A DNA stretch of 64,000 bases from an uncultured Candidatus Babeliaceae bacterium. Its GTDB lineage: Bacteria > Babelota > Babeliae > Babelales > Babelaceae. The position numbers and the translations under genes were made by a program. How positions within the stretch are numbered: the first letter of the stretch is position 1; each line of letters opens with the position of its first letter. The DNA lies in NCBI GenBank assembly GCA_963704655.1, contig OY969927.1:448001-512000 (forward strand), given 5' to 3'. Positions 39,399-48,872 of this stretch are shown in pieces. The notes beneath the pieces were generated by a model that was not told the DNA's origin, made no database searches, and worked only from the letters and a program-made list of their open reading frames with translations.

Positions 39399-39432
39399 AA
39401 AAAAGTGGGGGGGTAAAACCCCTCACTTTTTA
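39399..39432 (+). terminator. Rho-independent terminator
   Basis: AAAAAGTGGGGGG-taaa-CCCCTCACTTTTT. Confidence 0.7.
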
Positions 39433-39457
39433 TTATATAAGATCAGAGAGTCACTTT

Positions 39458-40087
39458 ATGAAAAACAAATTCTTATTAAAAAAAATTTTATCTATCCTGC
39501 CACTCATAGCAATTACCAGCATGTCTATTACAGAAATTATGGCAGATGCAGGAATCCCCGCAACGACCCTTAAAAAAGCACTGAATCTAACTGGAGTTGA
39601 CGAAACAACAGGCTGTACATTACTCAGTTCAGCAGGTGAGCTTCTGAAACCGCTCAGTTCAAGTGAAAAAGGTCGCGCATGTGTTACCTGCGGTGACAAT
39701 TGGGCAAAAGATGAGAAAAATAATGGTAAAGCACTTACCGTAGTTTGTGGAAAAACAGGATCCCCAACAGACAAACAAAAAGAAATTTTAACCAGGGCCC
39801 TTACTGATTGTGAACAATTAGCTTTGCTCTATCGCCGCTTTGATTTACTTTCTAAAGATCAACGAGTTCAAGCAGTATCAACCTGCTTTGGTAAATGGGA
39901 CCAACACCCTAAAGCTCGAAACGCTCTTATGAAACAACCAGTTGATCTGGATGAATCAAAAGAAGTAAAAGGTGATTTGCCAACATGGCAGGAAGTCTCA
40001 CAAATGCAAATTCTTGCTAAGGCTGATGCCAAAGGGCAAGTTACGCAAGAGATTACCGAAGAACAATTTAAAGCAGTTATTAAGTAA
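39458..40087 (+). CDS. Secreted Cys-rich repeat protein
   Basis: CVTCGD.W and HPKAR shared with 38822-39385. Confidence 0.7.
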   Translation: MKNKFLLKKILSILPLIAITSMSITEIMADAGIPATTLKKALNLTGVDETTGCTLLSSAGELLKPLSSSEKGRACVTCGDNWAKDEKNNGKALTVVCGKTGSPTDKQKEILTRALTDCEQLALLYRRFDLLSKDQRVQAVSTCFGKWDQHPKARNALMKQPVDLDESKEVKGDLPTWQEVSQMQILAKADAKGQVTQEITEEQFKAVIK

Positions 40088-40171
40088 TACGTTAATTTAA
40101 TTACAACGTATGCTATCATTCTTGCGACAGCCTCGCACGTCTGAAAATAAAAAAAAGTTGATCTTGTCGCC

Positions 40172-40831
40172 GTGTCATCCTTATGCTTCGACTTGCCTTT
40201 AGTATTGAGCTTGTCGAAATATCAGCACGTGGGTTTACTCCTGAGCCTGACGAATGGCTCGCTCATCCTGAGCCTGTCGAAGGGTTAGCGAGCGCTATTA
40301 AATTTATTACTAAAATGATATAATATGTTGATATGTTTAATTTTAAATTTTAATTTTTATCTCGAATGTTAAACCAGAATTTTTTTGTTTATATACTTGA
40401 ATGCAAAGATAAATCCTATTATGTTGGACATACTGATAATATTGAAAAACGTATTGCAGAACACGCTGAGGGTATGTGCGGATACACATTAAAGCAGCTA
40501 CCGGTAAAATTAATTTATATTGAGCAATTTCAAACTCGAGATGAAGCATTTATTGCTGAACATAAAATAAAAGGCTGGACTAGAAAGAAGAAAGAAGCGT
40601 TAATGCAGAAGAGATTTGATGAGTTAATTATATTATCAAATTTCAAAAAAAAATTTCCTGAAACTCGCTAACCCTTCGACAAGCTCAGGATGAGCGAGCA
40701 TTTAGTGCTGATATTTCGACAAGCTCAATACTAAAGGCAAATCGAAGCATCAGGATGAGCGGCGGCGGGCAGGCCCCTGGTACTGAGCAAAATAGTGCGT
40801 TTACGCACCAGTCGAAGTATCAGGATGACAC
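40172..40831. mobile_element. REP-flanked GIY-YIG cassette C
   Basis: Left arm 40172-40292 and right arm 40664-40831, inverted; arms nearly identical to those of cassette B. Confidence 0.8.
40366..40671 (+). CDS. Stand-alone GIY-YIG nuclease
   Basis: FVYILEC.D.SYYVGHTDNIEKR; close paralog of 34659-34955. Confidence 0.93.
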   Translation: MLNQNFFVYILECKDKSYYVGHTDNIEKRIAEHAEGMCGYTLKQLPVKLIYIEQFQTRDEAFIAEHKIKGWTRKKKEALMQKRFDELIILSNFKKKFPETR

Positions 40832-40882
40832 CCTTTGCAGAAAAGTTTTTTTCTTAAATATATTTCATCGAACTTATGTTAC

Positions 40883-43405
40883 TTATAACTCTTTTAATTT
40901 ACATAAAATTTCATATGCCTGCCGCGGCGAGACCGTATCCAAATCAAGTTCATCAAGCAACTGTAACTTTTTATTATACATAACACTTTGATCACTTTGT
41001 GCAGCTATAAATGGCTTTTGCACAAAATGTGCTGGCGCATGTGCATATTGTGCAAGCAATACCCGCGCGCGCTCTATAACCGTTTTTGGCAAATGCGCTG
41101 CACGCGCAACTTGAATACCAAAACTTCCTTGTGCAACACCCGGCATAATTTTATGTAACAAAATAACCGTATCACCAACAGCTTTACTTGCTGCATGGTA
41201 ACAAATAATACCCGGCATAGTTGCTGATAATGTTGTTAGCTCATGGTAATGCGTGGCAAACAAACAAAATGGTTTAATCTCTTGATGCAGATATTCAACA
41301 ATTGCTTGTGCAAGAGCAAGCCCATCATAGGTGCTTGTTCCACGACCAACTTCATCTAATATAACCAAACTATTTTCTGTCGCATCACGGCAAATAAGCG
41401 CCGTCTCTTCCATCTCAACTAAAAAGGTACTTTTACCTTCAGCAAGATGGTCACCTGCACCGATTCGCGTAAAAATGCGATCAAGCAACGGCAATGTTGC
41501 ACATGCTGCAGGAACAAATGAACCCACTTGTGCCAAAATTTGTATAAGAGCCACTTGGCGCAAATAGGTAGATTTACCGCCCATATTAGGACCCGTAATA
41601 ATCCATGTCTTTTCACCAATACCCAACTGCGTATTATTGGGGACAAAAGAAATGGCCTGCGCCGAGCAGCGCATGCGCTTTTCAACAACCGGGTGCCTGC
41701 CATCAACAATTACCATCTGGTGCTTACCAGTAAATTCTGGGCGCACCCACTGATTATTCAACGCAACGTGCGCTAAACACGAAAATACATCAAGCTCTGC
41801 AAGCTCTTGTGCTAATATTCGCAATAAAGACAGGTACTGTTCAACATCACGAACTAACGCAGCAAAGAGTTGATTTTCAAGCTCTGTGCTACTACTTTCT
41901 GCACGATTAATATCATATTCAAGGTCTTTGAGTTCTTGCGTCGTAAAACGATCTCTATTGGTTAAGCTCTGTATTTTAATATAAGAAGGAGGCAATGCCT
42001 GGCTTTGTGCTTTTGAAACTTCAATGGCATAACCCGCTGCTTGAGAGTACCGAATTTTAAGCGTATTAATACCACTTTTTTGTTGTTCTTGACGTTCGAG
42101 TTCAAAGATTGCTTGCATCCCTTGTGTTGAAAGCAAGCGTAAACGATCAAGTTCAGAATGATACCCAGATGCAATTTTCCATTCGTGGTGCTGGTCAGTA
42201 TTAATTGCACGGGTTAAGAGTGTATATAAACTGGTAAGTAATTGCATATCACATGAAATAAATTTCTGTAATGCAGGAATATCGACAATACTTTCCATTA
42301 AAAAACGGTAATCGATAAACGTTGCACGGCGCAATGCCATGCGCCCAAGTATTCGTTCAAGGTCACCAATTTTTTTTAAATGGGTACGTACTAAATTTCT
42401 ATCAAAAGAATTTTTTACAAAAAATTCAACTCGATCTATCCGTTTTTCAATCGATGCTCTATCGACTAATGGTCGAATGAGCCACTTTTTCAAAAGACGT
42501 GAACCCATGCCCGTAATAGCTTCATCAAGTACTTCAAAAAGCGTATGCTTGCAAGATCCGTCATGCGCGTTACTTATGAGTTCTAAATTTTTTTGAGTTG
42601 CGGCATCAAGCTGTAAAAAATCCTGTGCTTGGTAAATCAGCAAACTTTTTTGCGCTTCAAATGAATGGGGCGCATTTTTTTTTATATACCCACCAAGAAG
42701 TTGTAATACGTTTTTTGCAATAGGCGTAACAGAATTTTCTTCACCCGAAAAACGGCCCATAGTCTGCAACCATTGTTGAAGATCGTTGTACACAAGTTGC
42801 TCATTAGTGAGTGTTGTAATAAATGCCCGCTGCCTACAAAACTGCTCTAACTGTTTACCACTTGGACTTGGCTCTAAAAGAATTTCTTGGGGAATAAATG
42901 CTGCAAGTTCTGCGTCGATTTTTTTTTCATCATACTCAAACTGGGTAAGGTAAAGTGCGCCTGCTAACATCTCGTAAAAGACCATTGCGACCGTGCCATC
43001 AACAACCACTAATGCGGCTATATAATGTGACGATTTACTATCAAGCAGTTTACTATCAACCAGTGTTCCGGGCGTAAAAACCTGCGTAACACCCCGCTCA
43101 ACTATTTTGCCCGGTTGTGGTGCTTCAAGCTGATCACAGATAACCACGCGAAAACCACCCTTTACCAGTTTTACTAAATAATGCTCAACCGTATGGCGCG
43201 GCACGCCGCATAGCGGAATCGGCTCATCGCCCATGGTTCCCCGTTGCGTAAGAACAATTCCCAAAAAAGCAGCAGCTTTACGTGCATCATCAAAGAAAAG
43301 TTCATAAAAATCCCCCACCTGAAAGAGAAGAAGGGCATCAGGAAACTGATTTTTAATATCAAAATACTGCCGCATCAGCGGAGTTAATACAACGTCTTGG
43401 GCCAT
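40883..43405 (-). CDS. mutS: DNA mismatch repair protein MutS
   Basis: TPLMRQY, GDFYELF, ITGPNMGGKSTYLRQ, STFLVEM, DEVGRGTST. Confidence 0.97.
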   Translation of the reverse strand: MAQDVVLTPLMRQYFDIKNQFPDALLLFQVGDFYELFFDDARKAAAFLGIVLTQRGTMGDEPIPLCGVPRHTVEHYLVKLVKGGFRVVICDQLEAPQPGKIVERGVTQVFTPGTLVDSKLLDSKSSHYIAALVVVDGTVAMVFYEMLAGALYLTQFEYDEKKIDAELAAFIPQEILLEPSPSGKQLEQFCRQRAFITTLTNEQLVYNDLQQWLQTMGRFSGEENSVTPIAKNVLQLLGGYIKKNAPHSFEAQKSLLIYQAQDFLQLDAATQKNLELISNAHDGSCKHTLFEVLDEAITGMGSRLLKKWLIRPLVDRASIEKRIDRVEFFVKNSFDRNLVRTHLKKIGDLERILGRMALRRATFIDYRFLMESIVDIPALQKFISCDMQLLTSLYTLLTRAINTDQHHEWKIASGYHSELDRLRLLSTQGMQAIFELERQEQQKSGINTLKIRYSQAAGYAIEVSKAQSQALPPSYIKIQSLTNRDRFTTQELKDLEYDINRAESSSTELENQLFAALVRDVEQYLSLLRILAQELAELDVFSCLAHVALNNQWVRPEFTGKHQMVIVDGRHPVVEKRMRCSAQAISFVPNNTQLGIGEKTWIITGPNMGGKSTYLRQVALIQILAQVGSFVPAACATLPLLDRIFTRIGAGDHLAEGKSTFLVEMEETALICRDATENSLVILDEVGRGTSTYDGLALAQAIVEYLHQEIKPFCLFATHYHELTTLSATMPGIICYHAASKAVGDTVILLHKIMPGVAQGSFGIQVARAAHLPKTVIERARVLLAQYAHAPAHFVQKPFIAAQSDQSVMYNKKLQLLDELDLDTVSPRQAYEILCKLKEL

Positions 43406-43417
43406 AATCTTTTCTTG

Positions 43418-43490
43418 CGTGTCACCTGGATTTAGTTCAGGGTCTTTTTGTTATTGTAAGAGATGCTGAACCACGTTCAGCATGACATAC
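43418..43490. repeat. REP-like doublet, second subtype
   Basis: GTGTCACCTGGATTTAGTTCAGGGTCT...AGATGCTGAACCACGTTCAGCATGACA directly upstream of mutS. Confidence 0.7.
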
Positions 43491-43507
43491 GACAGTATAC
43501 CGTAAAA

Positions 43508-44344
43508 CTAGATTATTGAATACGCAGGTAACGTGCGTAATTCGCGCACGTAATTCTTAAACGCTTCAAGCATTTGCTCATCAAAAATCTTATTATGCGC
43601 TTCAGAAACCATAGATTCTGTGGTATCTGCTAATGCATCATAAATTTTTTGCAATGCGTGTTTTTGATAGATATAACGCGTTTCATACTCTTTTATAAAA
43701 ACAATATGGCTCAAAACCACCCGGGCAGAATCTTTTATAAGGTCTACATCATGGTTCTTATAGGCAAACTCGAGAGATTCAATCTGCATAATACATTCAA
43801 AAAACTCTTGAGTTATCTCAACTTTTTTGTTTTGAGCTTCTTCAGGTACACCTTGATACTGTTCTGCTAAAAACCATGACCGAGTAACGGGAACAGTGAC
43901 CTTTGACGAGAAATAACTTTGAATATTCTTATAAACTGGCTGTAACGCTTGAAAGACCATAGATTGCAAAACCAGTGACCCGGTAAACTTCACAAACCCA
44001 CCAAACGTTGAGTTCGTCCACGTATTTTCATGTGTGGCATACTGTTCAATCGCTTTTTTTATCATCCCAGGTGATTGCTTAAATTCCTGTACAAGCTCTT
44101 CAGACAAGTTAAAGGTAACCGCATGGTTATTTTGTGTATATAAACAGTAGCCGCAATATACAAGATATCCGCACAATGCCGCTGCACCAACTTTTGCAGC
44201 AGTTTCATACATCTGCTGTTTTTTAACCTGCGCTTCTTTCATGCTCTGTGCTTGCGCAGAGATTGCTGCATGATCAACAGCATCATGAGTTTGCAAACAG
44301 CCAAGTGATAAAAGTACTAAACCCAAGAATATTTTATAATTCAT
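43508..44344 (-). CDS. Hypothetical exported/membrane protein
   Basis: GGAG RBS; signal peptide; internal hydrophobic segment. Confidence 0.65.
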   Translation of the reverse strand: MNYKIFLGLVLLSLGCLQTHDAVDHAAISAQAQSMKEAQVKKQQMYETAAKVGAAALCGYLVYCGYCLYTQNNHAVTFNLSEELVQEFKQSPGMIKKAIEQYATHENTWTNSTFGGFVKFTGSLVLQSMVFQALQPVYKNIQSYFSSKVTVPVTRSWFLAEQYQGVPEEAQNKKVEITQEFFECIMQIESLEFAYKNHDVDLIKDSARVVLSHIVFIKEYETRYIYQKHALQKIYDALADTTESMVSEAHNKIFDEQMLEAFKNYVRELRTLPAYSII

Positions 44345-44360
44345 ATTTGCTCCAAAAAAA

Positions 44361-44419
44361 GTGTCATCTCGGACAGGATCCGGGATCTTATGCGTTAATA
44401 AAGAGACCCTGAGACACGC
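44361..44419. repeat. Degenerate REP-like doublet, second subtype
   Basis: GTGTCATCTCGGACAGGATCCGGGATCT...AGAGACCCTGAGACAC. Confidence 0.55.
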
Positions 44420-44434
44420 TCGTTCATAATTTTT

Positions 44435-47002
44435 TTAATTCAGTAAAGGCTTAACAAGCAGTGGCTTAAGATACGCGCCCGTATAACTCTCTTTACATGC
44501 AGCAACTTCAGCCGGGGTTCCATACGCAACAATGGTTCCACCCTTGTCACCACCCTCTGGGCCAAGATCAATAATATAATCTGAAACTTTTAAAACATCT
44601 AAATTATGTTCAATAACAATAAGTGAGTTACCTTTTTCTAATAAACGCTCAAATACGCCAAGTAGACGCTTAATATCATGCGCATGCAACCCCGTTGTCG
44701 GCTCATCAAGAATATATAATGTCTTTGAACCGCGCTTTGCTAGCTCATCAACAAGTTTAATGCGCTGCGCTTCACCACCAGATAATGTCGTTGAAGATTG
44801 CCCAAGCGCAAGATAATCTAACCCAACATCACACATAAGTTTAATACGTTTTGCAATACTGGTATGCGCAGCAAAAAAATCAAGCGCTTCTATGGCCGTC
44901 ATATCCAAAATATCGGCAATCGATTTGCCCTTATACAGTATCTCAAGAACAGATTTAGTATACCGTTTGCCTTTGCAACGGGTACATTCCATCACCACAT
45001 CGGGCAAAAAGTGCATAGAAACGGTTATGGTACCTTCGCCAGAACACTCAGCACAACGGCCAGCGCCCACATTAAAACTAAAGTGACCCATGGTGTACCC
45101 ACGCGCATTACTTTCTGGCATGCTCGCATATAATTTTCTAATATCATCAAATATACCAAGATAGGTTGCCGGATTTGACCGCGATGTGCGCCCTATCGGT
45201 TTTTGATCGATAACAATTAAATTTTCTAATTGATTGACACCCTCTATTTTATCAACTTCAAAAGAAGGGCGCTTATTGCGTGATAACGTTTTTTGTAATG
45301 CGGGAACCAGTTCGTCCATAATTAAACTCGATTTACCTGAACCCGAAACGCCAGAAATTCCGCATAAAACCCCTAAAGGAAATGCAACAGATACATTTTT
45401 TAAATTATGCATAGTGGCATCATGCAATGTGATAAACCCGGTCGGCTTACGTAATGGCACAATACGCTCGATCGTTTCTCTTCCAGAAAGATAGGCACCA
45501 CTCAGTGATTTTTTATTTTTTATGATTTCTGCAGGCGTACCAACTGCAACAACTTCGCCACCAAACTTTCCTGCAGATGGGCCCATATCGATAATATAAT
45601 CTGCCGCCTTCATAGTATCGCTGTCATGTTCAACAACAACAACGGTGTTGCCTTGGTCACGTAATTTAAGCAGCATATGAATAAGTTTGTCATTATCCCG
45701 TTGATGTAAACCGATGCTCGGCTCATCCAAGACATAGACCACGCCACTAAGTGCTGAACCGATTTGCGTTGCTAACCGGATTCGCTGCCCTTCACCGCCA
45801 GAAAGTGTTCGTGCCGTTCTATTAAGCGTTAAATAACTTAAACCAACATCAAATAAAAATTGATAACGCTGCACAATTTCATGTAACAAGCGTTTTGAAA
45901 CGTTAACCTGAAATTCAGAAAGCTTTACGGTATTAAAAAAATGTAATGCATCAACAACAGAAAGTTCACCTACTTGAAAGATATTTTTGCCACCAATAGT
46001 CACGGCTAATGCCAATTGATTTAAACGTTCACCTTTACAGGCTGAACACGTAATCTCCTGGTACACACCCATTTTATCGGCAAACTCCAAACCTGCCATA
46101 GTTGAATTTTTAGCGTTCCAGGGGACAATAATCTCTGCACCCAAACCATGGCATTTTTTACAAGCACCGATAGGTGAATTAAAAGAAAAAAGACGTGGCT
46201 CAAGTTCAGGAATAGAGCTATTACAGGGCACACACATACGTGAAGAAGAGTAAGTAAACGTATTTTCACCAACAATAATCTTTACCTGGCCGGCAGTAAG
46301 TGAAAATGCTTTCTCTAAACTTTCTTGAATACGGTTAGTCTCGTCTAGCGAGACTTCTAGAGTATCAAGAGCAATATCTATCGTATGCTTAAAGGTTTTT
46401 TTAAGATTCAAAAGTTGAATTTCGTCTATAGAACGAAAGTTTACGCGCTCACCATCGATAATAAAGCGATAAAAGCCCTCTTTAAAATATTTTTCTAGTT
46501 CCGCTACAAAGCTGCCCTTTTTTTCATTAACAAGCGGCGCAACAATACTTACGGTTAATCCGGCAAACTCGCGCACAAGTCGTTCGGCAATCTGGTCCGC
46601 AGACGCGGCCTGAATCGGGTTATAACAACTTGGGCAATGAATTTCGCCAATACGCGCAAAAAGAACCCGCAAATAATCATAGAGTTCAGTGATGGTGCCA
46701 ACGGTAGAACGTGGGTTTGCGCCGACTGTTTTTTGCTCGATAGCAATAGCAGGGCAGAGCCCTTCTATAGAATCAACATCGGGTTTTTTTGGCATACCCA
46801 AAAATTGCCGCGCATACGAAGAGAGAGATTCCATATAGCGACGCTGCCCTTCTGCATACAGGACATCCAAAGCCAGAGTGGACTTACCTGAGCCCGAAGG
46901 ACCGGTAACCACGGTTAGTGACTCTTTTGGAATCTCTACGGTAATATTTTTTAAATTATGCTCGCGTGCACCGATGATCTTTATAGAACGAACTGCTTTC
47001 AT
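44435..47002 (-). CDS. uvrA: Excinuclease ABC subunit A
   Basis: GAREHNLKN, two Walker A motifs, two LSGGE motifs, zinc fingers. Confidence 0.97.
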   Translation of the reverse strand: MKAVRSIKIIGAREHNLKNITVEIPKESLTVVTGPSGSGKSTLALDVLYAEGQRRYMESLSSYARQFLGMPKKPDVDSIEGLCPAIAIEQKTVGANPRSTVGTITELYDYLRVLFARIGEIHCPSCYNPIQAASADQIAERLVREFAGLTVSIVAPLVNEKKGSFVAELEKYFKEGFYRFIIDGERVNFRSIDEIQLLNLKKTFKHTIDIALDTLEVSLDETNRIQESLEKAFSLTAGQVKIIVGENTFTYSSSRMCVPCNSSIPELEPRLFSFNSPIGACKKCHGLGAEIIVPWNAKNSTMAGLEFADKMGVYQEITCSACKGERLNQLALAVTIGGKNIFQVGELSVVDALHFFNTVKLSEFQVNVSKRLLHEIVQRYQFLFDVGLSYLTLNRTARTLSGGEGQRIRLATQIGSALSGVVYVLDEPSIGLHQRDNDKLIHMLLKLRDQGNTVVVVEHDSDTMKAADYIIDMGPSAGKFGGEVVAVGTPAEIIKNKKSLSGAYLSGRETIERIVPLRKPTGFITLHDATMHNLKNVSVAFPLGVLCGISGVSGSGKSSLIMDELVPALQKTLSRNKRPSFEVDKIEGVNQLENLIVIDQKPIGRTSRSNPATYLGIFDDIRKLYASMPESNARGYTMGHFSFNVGAGRCAECSGEGTITVSMHFLPDVVMECTRCKGKRYTKSVLEILYKGKSIADILDMTAIEALDFFAAHTSIAKRIKLMCDVGLDYLALGQSSTTLSGGEAQRIKLVDELAKRGSKTLYILDEPTTGLHAHDIKRLLGVFERLLEKGNSLIVIEHNLDVLKVSDYIIDLGPEGGDKGGTIVAYGTPAEVAACKESYTGAYLKPLLVKPLLN

Positions 47003-47088
47003 GTCGGCTCCCTATGATTTAGTATTTGTATATTTTAGCACAAATTCGCCTACTCGTCGACCCACGGGCAGTCCAAAGGCATTAAAAA

Positions 47089-47116
47089 TTGACAGTTTTA
47101 ATTATAAATTTAGAAT
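47089..47116 (+). promoter_or_regulatory. Sigma70-type promoter
   Basis: TTGACA-16 nt-TAGAAT. Confidence 0.5.
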
Positions 47117-47154
47117 TAAAAGTATAATCTATAATTAAAAGCTCAAGGTTTACC

Positions 47155-47970
47155 ATGAAAAAAACTCTATTTTTAGCACTATGCTCAGCGATGAGCGTCA
47201 CATTAGTTCGCGCCGAAACCACAACACCTCAAAGCGCACCAAAGTTCTTTATGCCTGCAAAACCGGTACAAACACCTAAAATTCCAACTATCACAGCCGG
47301 CTGGCTTGATATCACTGACACAATTACCGAGTTTGAAAAAATACTTGTGCCTCTTACGCAGCTTGTAGAAGACCCTACTATCGATATAATTATTATCCGC
47401 ATAAATTCAACAGGCGGTTCACCAGCAGATTCTCAAATTATTGCCGATAATATTCAATCTGCAAAAGCGTTCAAGCCAATTATCGCATTTATCTCCAGAA
47501 TCGGAGCATCCGGAGCTTACTGGATTGCATCAGCTTGCAGCTATATTATCTGCCCAGCAGCTGCAGAAGTTGGAAGCATTGGCGCAGCATCTCAATATGT
47601 TTTTGATAAAGATAAACAATATTACTATATAGCATCTGGGATATTTAAGGGCCCAACTATTAACCAGCATTATGAAATTGACCCTCAATTTTTAGAACAA
47701 CAAAAAAAGACGGGAATGGAATTAGCTCAGATTTTTGCTCAGAACATCAGCACATACCGCGGCATTCCGACTGAGACGATTTTATCATGGCAAGCGGCAT
47801 TATTCACTGGTGCAACGGCCTTTAAGCTTGGCCTAGTCGATCAACTTGGCACCATGCAGGACCTTCTTGAAAAAACAGTTCAACTTGCAAGTGAAAAAAA
47901 CAACACCGAATATCAGCAACTCAAGCTTGTTAATACCGAAAATACAGTAATTAAAACATACCAAATTTAA
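47155..47970 (+). CDS. S49 family peptidase (SppA-like)
   Basis: RINSTGGS, GASGAYWIAS, VGSIG, GLVDQLG. Confidence 0.9.
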   Translation: MKKTLFLALCSAMSVTLVRAETTTPQSAPKFFMPAKPVQTPKIPTITAGWLDITDTITEFEKILVPLTQLVEDPTIDIIIIRINSTGGSPADSQIIADNIQSAKAFKPIIAFISRIGASGAYWIASACSYIICPAAAEVGSIGAASQYVFDKDKQYYYIASGIFKGPTINQHYEIDPQFLEQQKKTGMELAQIFAQNISTYRGIPTETILSWQAALFTGATAFKLGLVDQLGTMQDLLEKTVQLASEKNNTEYQQLKLVNTENTVIKTYQI

Positions 47971-47976
47971 ATAATT

Positions 47977-48004
47977 AAAAGGGCCCGGATTTCGGGCCCC
48001 TTTT
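47977..48004. terminator. Bidirectional terminator
   Basis: AAAAGGGCCCGGA-t-TTCGGGCCCCTTTT. Confidence 0.75.
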
Positions 48005-48356
48005 AATTAGAATCTTGATTTTTTTTCAACCCAGCTTCTCTCTTTTTCTTTTCTAAATTTCTTTGAAATATAAGAAGTGCACTATTTAAATTAAATTCAT
48101 CAAATTGTTTAATGGTCATATAACCCCGTTCTCTTGGGGTATACTTTGAGGCGAAAGCATCAACAAATGCTTCTATAAGTTGATTTCCATACGAAGGGCG
48201 TCTTCTTAAAATATAATTTATTGTTTCCGTTCTAAAAGTCGAATTATTTGCATGCGTAGATACATGAGCATTTTGAATATCAACTTGCTTAGGACAGAAC
48301 AAATCTGTTGATACACATGCAGCTGTCACTAAAAAAAATAGTTTTTTGTAATTCAT
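48003..48356 (-). CDS. Small secreted hypothetical protein
   Basis: MNYKKLFFLV signal, identical to the neighbour's. Confidence 0.65.
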   Translation of the reverse strand: MNYKKLFFLVTAACVSTDLFCPKQVDIQNAHVSTHANNSTFRTETINYILRRRPSYGNQLIEAFVDAFASKYTPRERGYMTIKQFDEFNLNSALLIFQRNLEKKKREAGLKKNQDSN

Positions 48357-48418
48357 ACAATACCTTTTACCGTAATAGTTAAAATTTTTGAATCATATTA
48401 TAAAGGGCTCGGAATTAT

Positions 48419-48706
48419 TTAAAGATTATCAATTATAGAGGATCCAAGACAATTCCGACATTCACCCATTAAATCGGCCTTTTGCATTTTACAAAAACTA
48501 ACATATCTTTCTTTTTGCCCGCGTGCAAAGCTATCAACCACAATAGCAGCCTGATCAATATTAAGAGGTATATTTCTTGCCAACCATCTAATAGCTTTAG
48601 CTCTATTAACACTATCAACTGTAGGTGCAGCCGTATCTTCGACGCACAACACATGGGTTGTTATACACGCAGCTGCCACCAAAAAAAATAGTTTTTTGTA
48701 ATTCAT
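48419..48706 (-). CDS. Small secreted hypothetical protein
   Basis: MNYKKLFFLV signal; upstream region duplicated. Confidence 0.65.
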   Translation of the reverse strand: MNYKKLFFLVAAACITTHVLCVEDTAAPTVDSVNRAKAIRWLARNIPLNIDQAAIVVDSFARGQKERYVSFCKMQKADLMGECRNCLGSSIIDNL

Positions 48707-48872
48707 ACAATAACCTTTTACCGTAATAGTTAAAAAATTTGAATCATAGTATTAATAAAATTAAGTATACATAACGCAATAAAATAGTACATTTAAAGCT
48801 CCTATTGCTCTTATGCAATTTTACTACTATAGTAAAATTTACAGAAAATAGTATGTAAAAAAAAGGGCTACG

